From: Octopus sinensis
Lineage: Eukaryota
Assembly (NCBI RefSeq): GCF_006345805.1
Contig: NC_042999.1
Span: 108,748,001-108,812,000 of the forward strand
DNA length: 64,000 nucleotides
Reading direction: 5' to 3'
Under the pieces are notes generated by a model. It worked only from the letters and a program-made list of their open reading frames with translations, did no database searches and was not told the origin of the DNA. A program made the position numbers and the translations under genes. This document shows positions 12,613 through 25,254 of the stretch, in pieces. The number at the start of each line of letters is the position of its first letter. Position 1 is the stretch's first letter.

Positions 12613-14460
12613 GCGATACTATATAAAGTATACAAAGCAGTTACCTACTGCTGTTTTAGTTTACTTTTTATTTGAAATTGTTGCAGTTGCAGGTAGAGTG
12701 TTTGTTAAGTGTGTGTTTGTGAGAGAGAGAGAGAGAGAGAGATCAATGGCAATATATCTAACAGTAAAAGCATATTTCAGTAGCTCTTGAGATTTGTTTT
12801 CAACCTCTCATTCAAAACCTGAATGCTTGATTTGTATATTTCTCTAAGATTACACTAATTGTCATACTTTAGTTAAAGGTACTAATGATGCCTTTTAAAT
12901 AAATGTATCTATCAAAAAACATCAACCTTCTTTTTTTTCAATTTGTTGATAAATTGAATTGTTGAGTGAATGAAAATTTCTAACATTCAGTCCATTCTAT
13001 TTTGGTTATCTGGTAGATAGCATCATTTAGTTAGCATAAACCTTTAAATGATTAGTATTTGGCATTATCATATAAGCTGATTTCAACTGAACAAAATTAG
13101 AACTGTGTAACTATGATATTACCTAGAAGGTAGTCATTCCTATTTAACTACAGAAGACAGTATTTTCTATTTAACTTATACATTTACTTCAATAAACATC
13201 TGACTTCCTCTGCTTGTCTAGTCAACCAATTTATCTATTCCCCATTGATTGCTTGCTTTATTTGCTTCAGTGCCAACTAATAATAATACCTAGGCATAAG
13301 GAGTCTGATGCTTTCTGTTACTGCTGCCACCACAGTTACAAACACAAACAAAAAAAATGTAGACAAAACATTTGTCATCCAGCAGCTGCATAGTCTAGGT
13401 CAATGCAAAGCACGTCATTAAGGCAAGAATATCTATTATCTGTGGAGCATTTAACAAGCTTTTCCCCCCTCTTTCAGGCAATAGCTTATTTTCTTTATTC
13501 ACCAACTGCATCTCTACAGTAGAATTCTATATCTTTTCCTTCACACCTAGTATTATTTCTGATGATGTATTACAACCTTCCCATATCACAAAGGCTTAAC
13601 CCTTTTGTTAAATGTTATATATTTTCACTCTGTAGTTGTTGATATCCACACAGATAATATCCTCATCATCAATTCTTCTCAGATTATTTATTTTATATAG
13701 AAATGAGAACAGACAGACAAATGCAGTCTTCATTAGAATCAGAAATGCAAAAAAAGTTCCCACCATCACTTATTTTTTAAAAAGTTATTTTTGAAAACTA
13801 TTTTGTATTTGAGATTTGAGTATTTATGAATATTTTGATTTGGTTTTACATAGACTGTTATGAAAAATAAATATAATTGCTGTTCTCGGTGCATTGCACA
13901 TAAACAGGGTACATTATCATAGAAATAATTCTAAATATGATGGCGATATTAAGGGGAATGGTAAACAAATTTAGAGATGACATTGATAGATAAATTTTAC
14001 CTTTTCAGTAGTGTTTTTTTTTATATCATTTATATAAATACATCATGACAACATTGTGGTAGAATTGTGAAAATGAAGTCGTGATTATATTATTGAGAAG
14101 GGGAAGGTGAGAGAGGCAAATGTCTCTCACTATTAAAACATTATTTTTGTACCAGAAAAATACTATTATTAGTTAATGATTTAAGAGAAAAGACTGATGC
14201 ACTACACAATTTATCCAATTAAGCAAAGAGACGATGTCATATGCTCCATGTCATTGTTTCATTCCAGCCATAAACTTGGCAGTTTTGACTGATCACTATA
14301 GTTTAAAAGTTAGAATTGATCAACTATATTTTGCGTAAAGAACAAAACTTATCTCAAAAGGTTGCTTTGTGAGCAAAGTATGAAGAACAGCCTCCAGACA
14401 TGTGCTACTCATGAACCAGAGATGAGTAAGAGAAAACTAGTAACTACTTTCTTTGTATAC

Positions 14461-14765
14461 TAATGTTGCTTTATCCCAAAAAGAACAATGCAGTGGGGAA
14501 GTGGGTAGTTGAAGTTAAGAACACATTTCAAATATCATTATTGTTGACATAATGAATCAAATGGAAATATATTAATAAAATATATTATGAAAAATCTAGA
14601 TGCCACCTTCTACATATATTAATGTTGTTTTATCTTAAAAAGGACAATATAGTAAGAAAATGGGTGGTTGAAGTTAAATCTTTGAACACATCTAAAAGAT
14701 CTTTCATGTTGACATAATGAATCAAATGGAAATATGTTAATAAAAGATATTGTGAAGATTAATAT
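14461..14765. repeat. Diverged tandem duplication, unit about 159 bp
   Basis: Units start at 14461 (TAATGTTGCTTTATC) and 14620 (TAATGTTGTTTTATC). Both contain GTTGAAGTTAA and TGTTGACATAATGAATCAAATGGAAATAT. Confidence 0.85.
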
Positions 14766-14769
14766 GCAT

Positions 14770-15480
14770 ACCTGTATTTAAGCTAAAATGGTGCCTTGTT
14801 TCAGGCCTGTATTGTACTACACATCAGTCCGTTCACTCCTACCATCTCTATCTGGACTGCCATCTGTTTTATCTCAGGATTTTTTTTTATCATATTTCAG
14901 ATCACGTTTTTTAAAATGTCTTTGCCATGTCAGTTTAGGCCATCTTACTACTCTTTTGCTACCATTAGATTTACACTCCAGTCTCCTTTTCTGTATTCTT
15001 TCATAATCCATGCATAATACCTTAAACCCAGCCACCTTAACATTCTTGTTCGTAGCATTACTATTAATTCCTTCTGTTTTGAGCATTTCTCCATTGGTGA
15101 TTTGATCCCTATCTCTTATATTGCAGGATACTATCCAAACCCTTTTGTTGGAATGCATTCAGTCTATTTTATTGCTTTCATCTAGGTATCATGCTTCACC
15201 ATCATAGAAAGAGAATATAGACAAGCATATTGAACAGGAAACTATAATTGTAGTTTTTATCCTGAAGCTTTATTAGTTTTCAAATATTGGTACGTCTACC
15301 AAATGCTGCTCTAGCCTATCCAATTCTGATGTTGACCTCCCTGCCATGACCTGTACATATATTGTAATATCTAAGGAAGGGAAAAAAGTGTATATTTGAT
15401 GGATCAGTTATTATGAAATATCTTGGCGTTGTGACCATTGACCATAAGTCATATGAAAATAATTATGAAAGCATCTTTTG
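14770..15480 (-). mobile_element. RTE-clade LINE relic (late RT to C-terminus)
   Basis: Fragments read EVNIRIG*ARAAFG, RDQITNGEMLKTEGIN and MDYERIQKRRLECKSNGSKRVVRWPKLTWQRHFKKRDLK, matching RTE motifs RIGKARAAF, ITNEE.L and RGRPK.TW...IK.DL. Confidence 0.75.
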
Positions 15481-16794
15481 TTATATTCAGTTCTTACTAA
15501 AGTACAATTCAATCAGTTCCTTATTGGGTTTTTTATACTGTTCTGTGTATATGTAGATCTGCATATATTTATATACAACTGAGGGATATAGCTACATAAT
15601 CTTTCTCTCAATAGTTTACTTAAAATCATATGTAATCCAGTTTTCAAGTATATATACTTTGATTAATCTTTTTGGTAAAAACCTTTCAAGTAATGGAAAT
15701 CTTTTAGTTGTTTAAAATTGACTGATTACTTAATTTAGACTGAATAATCTTATTTTACAAAATATAGCTTATATTGAGAGTTATGAAATTTTAACTCATA
15801 TTCATCTCCCACAAAACTGTATTTTTTTCTGCTGCATTATATTATCTCATATTATATAATTTATCCAAAATTATTTGTGAAACCTTCTGCTTCTGTCTTT
15901 GCTACAATTTTCTTACTCTGAACACGTTTGCTTTATACTCTTCCTAATGAAATATGCTTACTATAACTGTGTATATATAATCTTTCAGGTATCCATTATA
16001 TATTATATTACTGGGATATGACTCAGGATTTCTCCTTACAATGCCAAGGCTAGCACTTTGGAAGCCACTACAGTGTCATAATAAATAGTCTTTCATAAGT
16101 GAAAATGGGTTTATACTGCATGTGTGTGTGTGTGTTTGTGTGTGTGGAGATTAAAATGGTCAACAAATAAGCCATTATTCTGCAGTAATAGAAAATCTAG
16201 TAATTGAAAAACCAAATAGGATCTAATTAGATTTTATCATCACTTTACCTTTATTGCATAATTTCAGTCTAAGTAGCAATTTATCATCCAAATCAGATCT
16301 CTGCTTGAAAGGAACATTGAGAAAATTAAGTTTTTCTCTTCACCTAAGATTAATTTTAACACTTTTCCTTTACAAAATTCAGAATTGTTATCTTGATAAA
16401 TATTGCTTAAATATATCTTAAATACTAATTAAGTCTCAAGTAGGAAAATACTTTATACAGTATTGTAATTCAATTTGAAATTCAGTTAGAGAATTAACAA
16501 ATAGTTAATGAATATTTTTCTTAGGCCTTTTTCTTGTTTCAAAATGCAAAATTATATGGGAGCTTAACGATTTACTTTTTCATCATTATAGATACTAGAA
16601 AAAACACTGCCCTCTGGGTGGTTTTATTCTACTTATATAATGTGCCTTGTGCCCTCAACTCTTGGTAGAGTTACAAGGAACTGTGCTATGATGTGCAGCA
16701 TATTTTGGGAATTTTAAACCTAGCAGAGCCTATTCCTCTCTCTGACCAAGTTCAATTTTCTTCCCGAGAGAGAGAGAGAGAGAATGAAAGAGAA

Positions 16795-16975
16795 AATAAC
16801 CCAGTACTGGACTGGTACTTTATTTATCAACCATACAAGGATGAAAAACAAAGTTGATCCAAGCAGGTACCAAACATGGATCGCAGAGAGCAGTAATGAA
16901 CCTCACAAGGCATTATATCCAAGTTGTAAGGGCTATATCAATATACTGCCATATGTATATGTTGTCTCATAACTT
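16795..16975 (-). mobile_element. Family C SINE, decayed, next to (GA)n
   Basis: CCCAGTACTGGACTGGTACTTTATTTATCAACC...GGATGAAAAACAAAGTTGA is the reverse complement of the family C core. Confidence 0.6.
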
Positions 16976-17771
16976 TTTTATATACTGGATTGATTTGTCT
17001 GGTGTATCTCTTCCTCATTTCAGATGATAGGATTGACTTGAGGGAAATTTAGCTGCTGTTTTTTGGCAAAACCACTTAGAGGCTTTCTCTTGTTGGCTTC
17101 AAATAAACTTGGTTGTTGTTTTTGTTTAACCTCAAATCAGGTCCTGGTTGAATTAACCCATAAAAAGCATTACAGAGATTTAAGCTATGAACCAAATTTA
17201 CTAGTTAAGTTCCAGTTCTTCTAGTTCAATATTAATAAAAATGGGATTCTTTAATTCAGTACATTATGTTGACTTAAAAATTAATAAAAAAGTTTAAATT
17301 GTAAATTCATAGTTTAAGATTGATTACTGCTTACTACATATATTAGTCTCACTCTTCACTAAAACAATTATGCTTTTTAGAAAATAAATTGTAAAAACAT
17401 CATTTTTATTAAAGCATCAAAACTAGAATGCTAAATATTTAACTATCATTTTAGATTGATCTAAGAAGTTGTTAAGAGTTTTGGTTACAAATATAGTCAT
17501 GCTTACAGTGCAATCATTATAGATATTGTAGTTGTACAACTACTCTATCATACCTCTTCTGCTTATATCTCTCTGAGATATTTAGAAATGTAATATTCTT
17601 ATTATAGATATTATTTAGTGGAATATTTAAATATGGAAAAAATAACTTGAATTATTAAATCAATAACTTTTAAATTAGATTATTGATTTGATCTACATGT
17701 TCAACTTCTTAAATTGGGATTATCATTTCTCTCACTACAAAATTATTTCAACAATTATTTACTTTCAGATA

Positions 17772-17886
17772 TAGTGTGTCCATAAAGTCATAGTCAAAAC
17801 TATTTTTGTAAGTTGCAACACTACAGTGTTGCAAGTTACATCAATAAATAGCTTTGAAATCCCACTATAACTTTATGAACATGCTG
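17772..17886. mobile_element. 115-bp Tc1/mariner-type fold-back MITE, TA TSD
   Basis: The left end TAGTGTGTCCATAAAGTCATAGT matches the reverse-complemented right end CAGCATGTTCATAAAGTTATAGT. The centre is the palindrome TTGCAACACT-AC-AGTGTTGCAA (17813-17834). TA lies at 17770-17771 and 17887-17888. Confidence 0.75.
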
Positions 17887-20800
17887 TATTTCTTTCTTTT
17901 AAAATGGACTACTAGAACTGAAGTCGTTCCTGATGAAACCCATCAATGGCCAGCAAATAGCTTCTTTAAGTGTTGTTTTAATGTCAATTTAAATAAGAAT
18001 AAAAACTTCATTCTTGACAATAACATACTTTCAAAAATCTTTTTATCCATACTTACTTTAACTTGAAGTAATTCTTATCTATCAAATAATTTTCAAACAA
18101 TATCTTGAATATAATGCCACACTTAGTTTGACTTTTTATATACTGCAGCTTCAAACCCGCTAGTGTTTTTCCTTTATTTTTTTTATTTAGTTTTCAACTA
18201 ATTGTTTAAGTAAATGCTCTGGCTGTTTCAATACTCCATTTTATGGAATACCTATGTTAAAAATCATTTTCTTTTTTTACTCTTACTGTTATTGTTCAAC
18301 CAACAAGTCATGTGTATTTATCTATTGAACCTTTGGCTTTAATATTTACTTTTTAGTATTCTAAGCTCTTATAAGTCACTATTGATTGAGTGACATATCT
18401 TTTGTCAATACAGTATTTAATCTTTTATTTATTTATTTTTGTCGTATTCCTTATAATTCAGATACAACTTTCGATTTTGTAAAGAATATTTTAAAATTCA
18501 ATATTTACAAAAGAATATATACTTTTATAGTTGAACTTACGTGTAGAGGGGCTTCTAGTTATTAATTAGTTAAGGAGAGAAAGTAATGAAGAATATTTCC
18601 AACTACTCTAAGCATGACTTATGATATTATCTTCTCCTCCCCCACCTCTCTCACAATTGCTTTTCAAAAATACTTTTATTGATTTTGTTCCTTCGTTGAA
18701 TCTTGCTGAACAATTTTAGTTCAAATTTTGGATACTACTCAGAATCAATCAAGTGATTGTTAAGCGGAATGAATATTTCTAACTTCACTGGTTGAACAAT
18801 TATAAATTGCAAGACTTCTTCTTTCAAACTCCTCTATCCATACTATTTGATAGAACTACTGCAATAGATTATCAGATATCAGATAGGATTGGCTGATGAA
18901 CTGAAAATCAAATATAGCCTGTATTCCAGCTTCCATCACTGTCATGTTTGCCAAAACATAGTATTTCATTCAAATATAATATTGTATTCAGACTTGTTGT
19001 TGTTGTTCTTGTCCTCTTTTCTTCTTGCTTTCTACTCCACAGTTTATCAATGTGCTTATATTGCATCATTGGTTTAGTATGAAAGAATTCTCCAATTTTT
19101 CTGGAGCTGGCATAATTTCAGCTCATTCATATTTTAGTGTGTTGGTTAGTCAAATATTCTTTGTTGGCTATTCACAATTATAGTTAGGTTATGTCAAAAA
19201 CAGTGACCACATAGAAATTTGAGTTTTCAAATATTTTGATAATCCTCTTCATTTATATTTACAAGACTACACCCAATAAATTAATGGAATAACATTTAGG
19301 AACTTCTATGATACAATTTACTGGATAATAATATGAAAGTAGTGCAAAGAATTTAAATCACTTCATATAGTGCTTTACTCAATACTACAATTTAAGGCTG
19401 GTTCTTTTTGTTGAGCACAAGAGCTGAGAAAGACTAAGTCACTATTATCTAAAAATAACATAGATACTCCTAGATGTCTAGGGGGTTTTGGCTTGAGATT
19501 GAATTTGCCATCTTTTAAGAGACTGAATTTGCCAGCAGTAAACCACTTTTCTAGAATCTTCAGCTGACCTGTTTGGCAGACAAACATGCACTCATCCTTT
19601 AAAGTTTACCATGTCAATCATTATAAGTCAGCCAATGCTGACTGGTCAAGGTGTGTTCATATAGGTGTCATATGAAAATACATTGTTGTGATTCTGAACT
19701 GCAAAAATCTGAGAACCATGGTTCAAAACTCAGCAGGCACCTTGCTACAATATAAATGATTTTCTGACTTTGTTACTAATATTATTTGTAATCTCCAGTC
19801 CTATTAAGATATTTCTAGTGGTTTTCTTACAAGACTAAATACTAAAAACAGGGGCTATTGTGAGAACAACTTATATAGGAATATATATCTCTTGTATATT
19901 TATTACACATGGTGCTGCTTGTTTTATAATTAGTATTAGTGGCAAAGCAGAGATGTGGTCAGTTTAGAAAGCCTTGATAAATATATAATATATATATATA
20001 TATATGCATACATACATACACACACACATACACATATATATGGACATATTTTGTTGAATAGCTTTTTTTTAGTGACCTACATTTTCCAGTGCCTTTCAGT
20101 TCATTGTAGTATTCATTCTTACAAGTAGATGCCCACTTACTACAAGTAAATAGTTCAACCATGAAGAGCAGAACCTGTTTTTTTTAGTCAAAAATAAATA
20201 AATATAATAAAGCAAAAATAAGAACGAAAGCAGAGTTAGGTAAATTGCTCCAAGACACAATACAGAATTCATGACCAAGTATCAGTAATCCAACTCCTTA
20301 ATATTACAGCCATTACTATGAATAAGCTGTAACATCCAATTATTTTCTCTCCACTGTTTCTAAAATCAACTCTCTTGATAATAGCTCTGGTAGCTTTTAT
20401 AGAAACCATTCCCTAATATCTACAGAATATTATCATTGAAAATTTAGAACTTAATAACAAATTGTTACTTAGAATTTTAAAATATATATATGTATAATTT
20501 TTTGATTACTTGTAATAATAACATTTATTCATAATTTTTCATTATATAAAAATGATAAATAAAAATGCAAATAAAGATTAACCATTCTCTGCTCTTTAAC
20601 TTTTCTTATATAACATGCTTATGTTGTGCTCAACAAAAAGAACCAACCTTATGTTAGCATTTTATGATTTTTTTAAAATCTTAATGTGAGCTTCATTATT
20701 TACAAAATCTAGAATTATTTTGACAAAGTTTCTTGCTTAATTTTACCTAAATATCTGTTCAGTTTATATTTGGAAATATCACTTTCATTCATTTTCCACT

Positions 20801-21559
20801 TTGTAAATTTATGCTGATAGTCTAAGAATTCCTAATTTTATTACTGAGTTTCTGCAATAATCTTTTTATCTCTGAAGGTTTTGTTTCAATTCTTCCCTTT
20901 TTGTTTCTTTCTAAAACATAGTTGGTAAAAGTGTTTATAAACATTTGAAATAACTCATAATTGCATTAACAAAGATGTTTCACTTTTTATATAACTACTG
21001 TTGGAAACATGACATCTGTATGAGGGATATAATTAGATTCTGACTGCACATATGAATTACATGTGCGATGGTGTAAATTAAAGATAATAACAAGCAAAAC
21101 CTCTCCGTTAATTTGTAGTGTACTATTTCAGTGCTATTTAATTTACTTATTGTACCATTCTTCTCAAAGAGGAATCTCTATGAAGGTCAATGTTACACAT
21201 TTTAATTTACTCCTACATTTCTTTCAAAATCTTTTCTGCTGAATCTGCTGCCTTCTGGTAGAAATTTCAATTATCTTTCCTTTGAGTTTTATCTCATTAT
21301 TTTATTAAATTTCATTGTATTTAAAATATTATTCATAAATACCATTTTTTCATTATACAGAGCTAGATATATCCTTTCACTATAGTAAATATTAAAAAAA
21401 ATTTGAACATTGAATTATATCAGAATGTTCATGGACTAGTTTTTGCTTTCCGTAAACAGTCAATCAGTTTACTATAGTGACTATATTCACGCATCATTCA
21501 TAGTTATCAAATTTATTTGCAAATATGAATTATACTGAGTAGCTTATATATTGATATTC

Positions 21560-21747
21560 ATCAGCAGCATTTTAATGCCCACATGGGTCAGGTAGAATTT
21601 GTTGAGGCAGATTTTCTACAGTTAGATACCCTTGCTTTCTCCAACTCCCAACTGCTCCCAATAACATTGGAAATAAGGACACCAGTTCCAAGCCAGTGCC
21701 TCTCATAACTATCACATGATGTCACGGCAAGAAGACACCAACATGCA

Positions 21748-21789
<42 letters not shown>

Positions 21790-21972
21790 GAAAGAGAGAG
21801 AGACAGACAGGCAGAAGTACATGATGTGCTTCTTTTCATCTACCTAGTCTACTCACAAGGCCTTGATCAACTTGGAATTATGGAAGAAGACACTTGCCCA
21901 AGGTGCCATGGGACTAAAACTAAAACTATGTCATTGGGAAACAAATTTTTTTACCACTTAGCCAAGCCTGTC
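21560..21972 (-). mobile_element. Family A head plus RTE-like tail SINE
   Basis: The head has GAAGACACTTGCCCAAGGTGCCATG at 21886-21910, followed inward by a (CA)n/(GA)n tract. The RTE-like tail ...TTTGTTGAGGCAGATTTTCTACAG... is at the left end. Confidence 0.75.
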
Positions 21973-22544
21973 ACGTAGCTTATGAAAAAAGAAAGAAAGA
22001 TTATTTAATTGTCATAACTAAACAATTCTTATCTACATAGCATGAATATCTAATATCTATGCTATGTAGATAACTCTTTTATCATTAAAACAGCTTAAAA
22101 TATGTTAGTCATAAAACTTTTTCTAGTTAATTTATCTTCCCTCTCGGCATGTTTTGCAATTAAACAAAATAGATACTGGATATGATGAGAACACAAGTCT
22201 TCTGTAATAAAAGCAAATTTACCATTCATTTCATAGATTTCAGTGAAGCAACCATCCAACTAGTTATATTACTGAATCCCCACTACACACACACACACAC
22301 ATGATCCCCCACCTTCAGGTATTCAGCAATGAATAAATTTCAGTGGAAAATATTTTGGGATAAATAATTTTAAAACAATTGAACACCTTTATTTATATAA
22401 GTGTTAAGTTCAGAAAGAAATCAATAAAGAGAGTAAGAAAATTTTTAACTAAAAAAGAAGGATGTGGGAACTTAAGAAAGATCTCCATGATTGCCAGCTT
22501 CCATTCAATGCTGACAATAATTATGTAGTCAGTTAAAGCAGTAA

Positions 22545-22757
22545 ACTGACGGAATTATTATCACACCAGATGAAATGCTTAGTGACATTTTCATTTGTCG
22601 TTATGTTCTGAGTTCAAATGCCACTGAGATCAATTTTGCCATTCATCCTTTCGGAGTCAATAAAATAAATACCATTTGAGGAGTGGGGTTGAGATAATTG
22701 ACTTACCTGCCACCCTAAACTCTCTGGTCTTGTGCCAAAACTTGAAACCAATACTTA
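22545..22757 (+). mobile_element. Family C tRNA-headed SINE
   Basis: AAACTGACGGAATTATTATCACACCAGATGAAATGCTTAG...TTCTGAGTTCAAAT...GCCATTCATCCTTTCGGAGTCAATAAAATAAATACCA...CTTGTGCCAAAACTTGAAACC. The central block resembles the Meta/Sauria-type SINE domain as I recall it (unverified). Confidence 0.8.
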
Positions 22758-23098
22758 TATAGTCAGTTAAACAAAAATAGAACATACATACACAGCTGAG
22801 TAAGCTGCTCCTATTAGACAATCTTCCACAAGACACAGATCAACGATGAGTTGAATAAAAATGAAATAGATAAAAGAAATAGTATGGTCCTAGGAAAATG
22901 AAACTCAAGAGTTGGAAGCCAATTACACCAAAATTAGTTTAAAAATCTGGAACAAAAATCACAAAATTTTCTATTCCTTAAGGATTAGAGCCCTTTTTTT
23001 ATTTCTTTATGGAAGACTGGAAATGAAAAACCTAACTTGTATGATGATAATGCTCTTTTACAATCAAGTGTACCCAAGACAAGAGTATACACACACGT

Positions 23099-23134
<36 letters not shown>

Positions 23135-23169
23135 CTGTGTATGTATCTGTTTATGTGTGTGTGTCTGAG

Positions 23170-23332
23170 TGTTATGAGCTACTTTAGTTTCTGTGTGGTA
23201 AATCCACTGATTAGTTTTTGGTTGACCCAGGGCTATAGTACAAGGTATATGCCCATGGTGCCATGCAGTGGGAATTAACCTAAGACCACAAAGTTGGGAA
23301 ACAATCTTCTCAACTGCACAGCCATGTCTGTG
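23170..23332 (-). mobile_element. Family A SINE head, decayed
   Basis: CCCAGGGCTATAGTAC...GGTGCCATGCAGTGGGAATTAACC...GTTGGGAAAC...CACAGCCATG. Confidence 0.7.
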
Positions 23333-25254
23333 TCTATTTATGTTGCAATAAAAATAATCAAAAAATAATCATAAAAGCATTGAATCAGAAAATAGTTCCA
23401 CGTTTTTTGCTTCTGTTCAGAATATTGAAAATGTCAGAATGAATGATGAAACAAAACTTGACATAACTTAATTGAAACAATATCTGATAAGTTTCAGAGA
23501 TTTACAAGGATCATTAAGCATTTCTAATATTAAAGTGTTGCTTGAAAAATATAATGGAGAAATGTAGTATTTAATTTCAGCAACCATTAGCTGTTTAACA
23601 TTTTGTTTTATTCAGTTCACTTTCAAATTCAAGATATTCACTGTATTTCTAGTCTCTTAAGATACAAAGTATTTACTGATCCTGAAATACTGGAAACATA
23701 TTACTCAAGTATTGTTAAATTTAAAGTAAATATGGAATCTGTTATAATGGTGCTTTAAAATGGTATTAAAACCTATTCAGAGCTCCATATCTTACCAACT
23801 CTTGCTGTAATTAACTCTTTTCCTCTGTAACCAAAAGCAAAACTTGTGGTAACTTTAGCTTTCAGCATTATGTGTCAGCTCACATTTCCTCCATTATTTT
23901 CTTTTCATTGAAAGAAAATTGCTTGTCACTAAATGTTCACTTTCTATTATACATCTAAAATGTATACTAAATAGCAAAGTTATGTTAGATTTTGAAACAC
24001 ATCTAAAGTACTTTATAGTACTTTTTTACTATTTGATGCTTTTTTTTTATCTTTAGAGTCTAGTTAATTCTCAAACAATAGTTTTATAAATATATACATT
24101 AAACAAGTTTTAAATATTCTACATTCTCCTTGAGAAAAAACAGAGAGATGGTTATTGTTGATGTTGTTGTTATTACCATCATTATCCCCACCCTCATCAT
24201 CAACAACAATGTAATCATTTTAATGGCCACTTATCCATTCTGCCCTCAACTACAGCAATCTTTTACAATAATGTTCAAATAAATAGTAAAATCTGTATCT
24301 ATTGAATATTTAAATACTGCACTCTTGAAAACAAGTTATCTAAGGAAGAATATTTTCAGGTGGAATATCTTCCAAAGCTATGCAGTAAATTAATTTAAAC
24401 AAAAATAGTTATTAATTCTAAAATTATAAAAGAATTATAAAAAATTTTGTCAGAAAAAGTTATTGGTTTCTTACAGCTGTTGCATAAATCATAATATGGT
24501 TCTGTAAAATTTTCTTGATATCATTTGCTGTTTCTTATCAGAAATGCTAAATGAAAATTCTCTGAAAGATTGTCACTTAAATTTCATGATGTATACATAA
24601 GAGACAACTATTAATTTTCAATTATTCATAAATATAAATTGAACATATTTGATTTTGATAAACTATCTTAAATGAACAAAGGTCTGATAAATCATTCTTT
24701 AATTCTATAAGTGATTTCTCAATCACCGTCAGTTCATTGTAGCTTCTCTCCGTTTACAGTAAATAGAAATTTTCCTTTTTTTTTTTTTTTTCCCTCAAAT
24801 TTCTATTATCTGATTACAGATATTTCTAAATAAATGATTGTTTAAGTGTTCCTTTATTTTCCTTTTAGGAAAATTATTCCAGAGAATCAGTTGGTTCTCA
24901 TTAAGAATTGAATTTAATGTGCTTTTTAATTGGTTAATTCTAGTGAATATAAAATCAATTGTTATCATTTAACTTCTGAAATAATTAGAGTATTTCAGAA
25001 GATTAGAGCTTCTGTTTAAAATCGATGATTTTGTATTTTTTATTATTGTTTTTTTTTTATTATTATTAACAACAACAACAATGATAATTATTTTCGTGGC
25101 CACTAATCCATTCTGATTTCAACTACAAGAATTTTCCATGATGATTTTTCTGATAGATAGTAAGTTTGTAAAGCAACATTGATCTCTTTTATTGAAAGTG
25201 TTCATATGTTTAAGTAGTTCTGCTTATTTAACATAATATAAAGATGCATTAATA

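Noticed and set aside
13440-13600. Strong acceptor-like ttttcccccctctttcag| at about 13478
   Set aside because: No good donor follows and the open frames are short or compositionally non-coding.
19375-19587. 70-aa minus-strand ORF with a possible acceptor before GQLKILEKW
   Set aside because: It has no convincing donor, is on the opposite strand to the supported exon, and has no recognisable domain.
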